In this document: positions 15,666-19,375 of the stretch, in pieces
Position numbering within the stretch: position 1 is the first letter of the stretch
Layout: each line of letters starts with the position of its first letter
DNA from: a candidate division WOR-3 bacterium
GTDB taxonomy: Bacteria > Hydrothermota > Hydrothermia > Hydrothermales > Hydrothermaceae
Assembly (NCBI GenBank): GCA_039803745.1
Contig: JBDRZD010000035.1
Span: 1-19,375 of the forward strand
Direction: 5' to 3'
DNA length: 19,375 bases
Notes under the pieces: model-generated
Database searches by the model: none
What the model was told of the DNA's origin: nothing
What the model saw: the letters and a program-made list of their open reading frames with translations, nothing else
Translations under genes and position numbers: made by a program

Positions 15666-18600
15666 TTCAAAAGAGAATTTAAATAATCTATAAATATCTT
15701 TTTATCTTCATAAGGAATATTTGAATTCAAAACTTTTATTAAATTTATCTTTATTATCTTATCCTCCTCTATTATTTCTTTTGGAGAAGGCATCGGTGTA
15801 TAAGGTTTTGGCCTCTCGGCATATCTTTTCTGAGTAAATTCCCTTTTATATACAGACCTTTGGATTTCAAGCATCCTTGAAAGTATCCTTTCCTGCCTTT
15901 CAACAATTTCCCTTTTAACCTCACCTTTTTCAATTTCTTCAGAAACCTTTTTCATCTCCTCTACAATCCTTTCTAATTTTCCCTGAAGTTCTTCTGTCCC
16001 CTCGCTGCCTTTAAGTTCTTCAAGCATTTCTTTTAATTTTTCTGCAAGTGATTTTTGCATACCAGCAATCCTTTCAATTGACCTCAAAACTTCTTCTGAA
16101 GGAGCCTCCCCAATTTCAAGTGGTAAAATACTCTGGGTTAATTCATTTATATGGGATTGCTCTTTAATAATATCTGAAAGTCTTTTTAAAGCCTCCATTA
16201 AAGCAGATGAGACGCCTCCCTGTCCTTCTTCTTTTATTTTTAATATTTCAAGAGAAACAAGATTTAAATAATTCTCTATTTCTTCTGAAATATTTTTTAA
16301 GTCTTTGAATTCAAATATTTTTATTTTTTCATAAAGTTCCTCTGATTTATAGTGGGCTGAAAATACATAATTCAAAATTTTTTTTGGAAACATAAAATTT
16401 ATTTTTGCAATTTCACTTACCTTATCTTTAAATCTCCTTATGGTTTCTTTATTTTTAAAAACTTCTTCCTCTAAATCTTCAATATTTTCTTTTTTTTCAA
16501 TTTTCTTTGTTAATATCCCCTGATTTTCAGAAAGAAATAGTGAAGAAAAGAATATCTCATCAAGTTTTTCTTGAGAAATTCTATTTCTCATTGAAAGAAG
16601 ATTACTTAAAGCCTCCTCTGTTTTTTCCCTTGCTTTTCTAACATGCTCTTTTGAAGAAGACATTTTTCCTCTGCAGGTTTTTTCACCCTTTGAAAACATG
16701 TCCTTTGAGGTTTCTAAATCTTTATTTGCAAACTCCATTTCTTCTTTCGCCTCCTCAATTTCCTCACCGATCTTTTTTTCTTCATCTTTAAAACTTTTTG
16801 AAATTTCTTCCATATCCTTTGACAAATTTTTCATTTCTTCTTTTAAATTTTCAAACTCACTTAAAGAAATTTTTTCCATATCCTTTATCATTCCTTCCAT
16901 TTTCTCTTCCATCTTTTTCATCCTTTCAATAAGTTCTTTTAACTTTATTTCCTGCCTCACTTTTTCAAGAAACTCCTTCATCCGCTCAATCTGTTCTTTC
17001 AAAATCTCCTGATTTAAAACAAGATTTTTATAAGCCTCTTTCAATTTTTCAGGGTCAATTTTTTTAATTGCTTCTTTTATGTCTTCTAAAATCTTTTTTA
17101 ATTCAGGTGTCATTATTTCATTAAACAATTCTTTTAATTCAAAGAGTTTTTCCTGAAGTTCTACATCAAGAGGATACCTTTTTAAAAGTTCAGATACTTT
17201 TTTAGAATACTCTTCAAATCTTCTTGACATTTCCTCAACACTTTTCTCCATTTCTTCAATCACCTCTTTTATTTCTCCAAATTCTTTCTTTTCTTTAAGG
17301 TTTTCTATTTTTTCCTGAATATTTTTTAAATCTCTATAAAAATCAGAAACTTCCTTACCTTCTCCTTTTAGAAAAGAAATTCCTTCTTCCATCTCTTTTT
17401 CTGTCTCTTTATAAATTTCTAAATATGTGGGTACCCAGAATTTATAAATCCTTGATTTTGAAACCCTTGAACTCCCATCCAATCCTCTATCCTCTACTGA
17501 AAACCAGAGACGAATTGTGTCGCCTGGTAAAAGTGATAAATGGGATAGATCAAGAAGATAAAAAACTGTATCTTCTTTCTGGTTTTTATAATTTTTAATT
17601 CTCTTTGAATAATTCTCTTTAAATTCAAAAAATAAATCAAGATTTTTTAAGGAAAAATCATCCATTAAGTATAAAATAAAGGGAATTTTCATATCTTCAT
17701 TTATTTTATCATCTGATGGAGGAAAAATTACATATATAAGTGGTTTTTCATCTAAAAATTTTCTTATCTCAATTCTTTGTATTTCTTGAGTATTTTTATC
17801 ATCTGTAAAATAAACAAAATTTAAAAAACCTTCTTTCCCTTCAAAAGAAAACTCAAAATTTTTTTTATAGAATTTTTTAATAGGCTCTTCATTTATAAAA
17901 ATATAACCTGAATCAAAATCCCCTGAAAAATCAAAAAGAATTTTAAATTTTGAATCAAAGGTGAATATCTTTTCAGGCGAATAAAGTGTATCCCTTAAAA
18001 GAAAGACTTTCCAGGACTTTAAAAAGGGCCTTTCTTTAAATTTTATCTCCGCTTCTCTGCTTTCAAATCCCTTTGCTTTAATCTTATATTTTAAAACACA
18101 TGGTTCAAATATATTAATTGAATAAGTAAAATAATTATTAACTTTTCTCATAAGTTCAATTTTTTTATCCTTATTTATTTTATATTCAATAAAAACTTTG
18201 TCAAATTTTCTTTCACCAAACTGGATGCCCTTTATATTCAAACTTGATGGGACAAAAAATGTTCCCTTTAAAGGCTGTATTTTTAAATAAAAAATTGAAT
18301 CACTAACACCTACATAATATTCAGCAAATTTATACGGAAATAGAGAAAAAAGAAGCAGTGAATACATTAAAGAATATATAAAAGCCTTTATTTTTATTAA
18401 AATGTTTGAGAATGGATATGCCTTTTTAAAATCAAAATTTTCTAAAAATTTTTCCAATTTCTCTGCCACCATTCTTTCCCTTTCCTTTTCTGAATCCTTG
18501 AATTCAAGATATGTGAGTATTTTTTCGTCAAGCTCAGGTATCTTTCTTTCAATTTCTCTTGCGATTTTAAAATTATTAAGATTTTTTAAAAAATATAAAA

Positions 18601-18760
18601 AATGAAAAAAAGAGAAAAGAGAGAAAAATGAAAAAAAGAAACTGATTTTTAAAAAAACACATAAAGTTATAGAAACTATAAATATGGATAAAAATAAAAA
18701 AAAGTCTTCTAAAAATTTTACTAAAATCAAATAATTTCTAAATTCCTTAAGTTTTCTCAT
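15662..18760 (-). CDS. DUF4175-like membrane-anchored protein: N-terminal TMs, beta-rich (Ig-like) middle, very long coiled coil
   Basis: Hydrophobic helices at aa ~20-58 and ~120-145; IAREIERKIPELDEKILTYLE; DEKP..V..P, DDFSL, LLPGDTI.....V.D; ~550 aa of E/K/M-rich heptads; C-terminal ERQERILSRMLE and IPYEDKKIFIDYLNSL. The ORF is certain; the family assignment is from pattern memory. Confidence 0.7.
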   Translation of the reverse strand: MRKLKEFRNYLILVKFLEDFFLFLSIFIVSITLCVFLKISFFFSFFSLFSFFHFLYFLKNLNNFKIAREIERKIPELDEKILTYLEFKDSEKERERMVAEKLEKFLENFDFKKAYPFSNILIKIKAFIYSLMYSLLLFSLFPYKFAEYYVGVSDSIFYLKIQPLKGTFFVPSSLNIKGIQFGERKFDKVFIEYKINKDKKIELMRKVNNYFTYSINIFEPCVLKYKIKAKGFESREAEIKFKERPFLKSWKVFLLRDTLYSPEKIFTFDSKFKILFDFSGDFDSGYIFINEEPIKKFYKKNFEFSFEGKEGFLNFVYFTDDKNTQEIQRIEIRKFLDEKPLIYVIFPPSDDKINEDMKIPFILYLMDDFSLKNLDLFFEFKENYSKRIKNYKNQKEDTVFYLLDLSHLSLLPGDTIRLWFSVEDRGLDGSSRVSKSRIYKFWVPTYLEIYKETEKEMEEGISFLKGEGKEVSDFYRDLKNIQEKIENLKEKKEFGEIKEVIEEMEKSVEEMSRRFEEYSKKVSELLKRYPLDVELQEKLFELKELFNEIMTPELKKILEDIKEAIKKIDPEKLKEAYKNLVLNQEILKEQIERMKEFLEKVRQEIKLKELIERMKKMEEKMEGMIKDMEKISLSEFENLKEEMKNLSKDMEEISKSFKDEEKKIGEEIEEAKEEMEFANKDLETSKDMFSKGEKTCRGKMSSSKEHVRKAREKTEEALSNLLSMRNRISQEKLDEIFFSSLFLSENQGILTKKIEKKENIEDLEEEVFKNKETIRRFKDKVSEIAKINFMFPKKILNYVFSAHYKSEELYEKIKIFEFKDLKNISEEIENYLNLVSLEILKIKEEGQGGVSSALMEALKRLSDIIKEQSHINELTQSILPLEIGEAPSEEVLRSIERIAGMQKSLAEKLKEMLEELKGSEGTEELQGKLERIVEEMKKVSEEIEKGEVKREIVERQERILSRMLEIQRSVYKREFTQKRYAERPKPYTPMPSPKEIIEEDKIIKINLIKVLNSNIPYEDKKIFIDYLNSLLK

Positions 18761-18769
18761 TAGAGATAA

Positions 18770-18799
18770 AAAATAAAGTATTTTCTTTTAAAATGTCAA
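18770..18799 (-). promoter_or_regulatory. Putative promoter for the DUF4175-like gene and downstream operon
   Basis: Perfect TTGACA on minus (18799-18794), N18, TATTTT (18775-18770), then 9 nt to ATG 18760. Confidence 0.5.
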
Positions 18800-18831
18800 G
18801 TCCTTTATAATTGATTACTCTAATAAATTTT

Positions 18832-18837
18832 GGAGGT
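18832..18837 (+). promoter_or_regulatory. Shine-Dalgarno site of the NYN gene
   Basis: GGAGGT 5 nt upstream of ATG 18843. Confidence 0.8.
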
Positions 18838-18842
18838 AAAAT

Positions 18843-19370
18843 ATGGAGAGAGTGATTATATTTGTAGATGGAGCGTATATGCTTGCAGCATGTAGCGAGA
18901 GAAATATAAAGTATGACCTTTTTAAACTTATTCCAATTCTTCAAAAAGATAGAAGGATTATAAGAAGCTATTATTATGATGGAATTTACTCAGCAGAGGA
19001 TGCAAGAAGGTCACCGGAATATCTTGATAAAAGAGAGAAAAAGCTCAGTTTCATAAAGAACTTTATAGGAAGAGGAATAACACCAAGACTTTCAACTTTA
19101 AAATTCAGAGGGGACAAACCGATTCAAAAAGGAGTTGATGTAAGAATAGCAACAGATATGATAATGCTTGCGATTAAAAATGCTTATGACACTGCAATTT
19201 TAGTTTCAGGAGACGAAGATTTAGTTGAGGTTGTGAGGGAGATAAAATACCTTGGAAAAAGAGTAGAGGTTGTAGCATTTAAAAAGGGAATTTCAGAGGC
19301 TCTTGAAATGGAGGCAGATGGAATATGGTATCTTGAGGACATATGGGAAGAGATAAAAAGAGAAGAATAG
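18843..19370 (+). CDS. NYN-domain (LabA/DUF88, PIN-like fold) putative ribonuclease
   Basis: IFVDGAY, RSYYY, QKGVDVRIATDM, AILVSGDEDL, GKRVEVV, L...AD; the acidic metal-binding residues are retained. Confidence 0.93.
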   Translation: MERVIIFVDGAYMLAACSERNIKYDLFKLIPILQKDRRIIRSYYYDGIYSAEDARRSPEYLDKREKKLSFIKNFIGRGITPRLSTLKFRGDKPIQKGVDVRIATDMIMLAIKNAYDTAILVSGDEDLVEVVREIKYLGKRVEVVAFKKGISEALEMEADGIWYLEDIWEEIKREE

Positions 19371-19375
19371 ATAGT

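Noticed and set aside
15662..17420. SMC/SbcC or phage tape-measure interpretation of the long coiled coil
   Set aside because: No Walker A/B or hinge, N-terminal TM anchor present, and no phage genes nearby.
7466..18605. Short + strand ORFs at 7466, 12069, 15053, 15214, 16698 and 18402
   Set aside because: All lie antisense within long, well-supported genes; mostly S/F/I-rich mirror composition and no motifs.
18598..18639. 16-bp direct repeat AAAAATGAAAAAAAGA (two copies, 26 nt apart)
   Set aside because: Low-complexity result of Phe/Ser-rich TM codons on the minus strand; only two copies, so not a CRISPR or a target-site duplication.
18747..18944. 65-aa - strand ORF spanning the divergent intergenic region
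   Set aside because: Overlaps the NYN gene antisense and runs across the promoter region; no motif.
1..19375. CRISPR arrays, tRNA/rRNA genes, IS elements, recoded stop codons or frameshifted pseudogenes
   Set aside because: No spaced repeats, cloverleaf-like GC-rich segments or transposase motifs were seen by eye; intergenic gaps are under 85 nt except the left edge, and all recognisable genes are full length under the standard code.

Overview
AT-rich, gene-dense bacterial chromosomal window with 12 supported CDS and no rRNA, tRNA, CRISPR array or transposase that I can see. The proteins are Lys/Glu/Ile-rich and TrmB has a long C-terminal extension, which suggests a thermophile. A SprA homologue, a T9SS-CTD-like tail and ileS-dksA-lspA synteny suggest an FCB-superphylum lineage, possibly WOR-3-like (inference only). 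Most of the window is a tightly coupled minus-strand run: DUF4175-like coiled-coil membrane protein, RsmF/NOL1-family m5C methyltransferase, TPR protein, ileS, DksA/TraR-like, lspA, SprA-like T9SS translocon, nadC. After it come an orphan Cache-like membrane sensor, a convergent FG-GAP beta-propeller protein and trmB. A divergent NYN-domain nuclease closes the right end. Most notable: (1) a compact 1797-aa SprA-like translocon embedded in a housekeeping operon, close to a putative substrate with a miniaturised CTD, both with ultrashort signal peptides; (2) a 2-TM Cache-like sensor whose only cytoplasmic part is a coiled coil, behind a perfect TTGACA-N17-TATAAT promoter; (3) recurrent leaderless-type promoter architecture; (4) IleRS with non-canonical HLGT/AMHKS signatures; (5) a weak cluster of DnaA-box-like 9-mers at the left edge.
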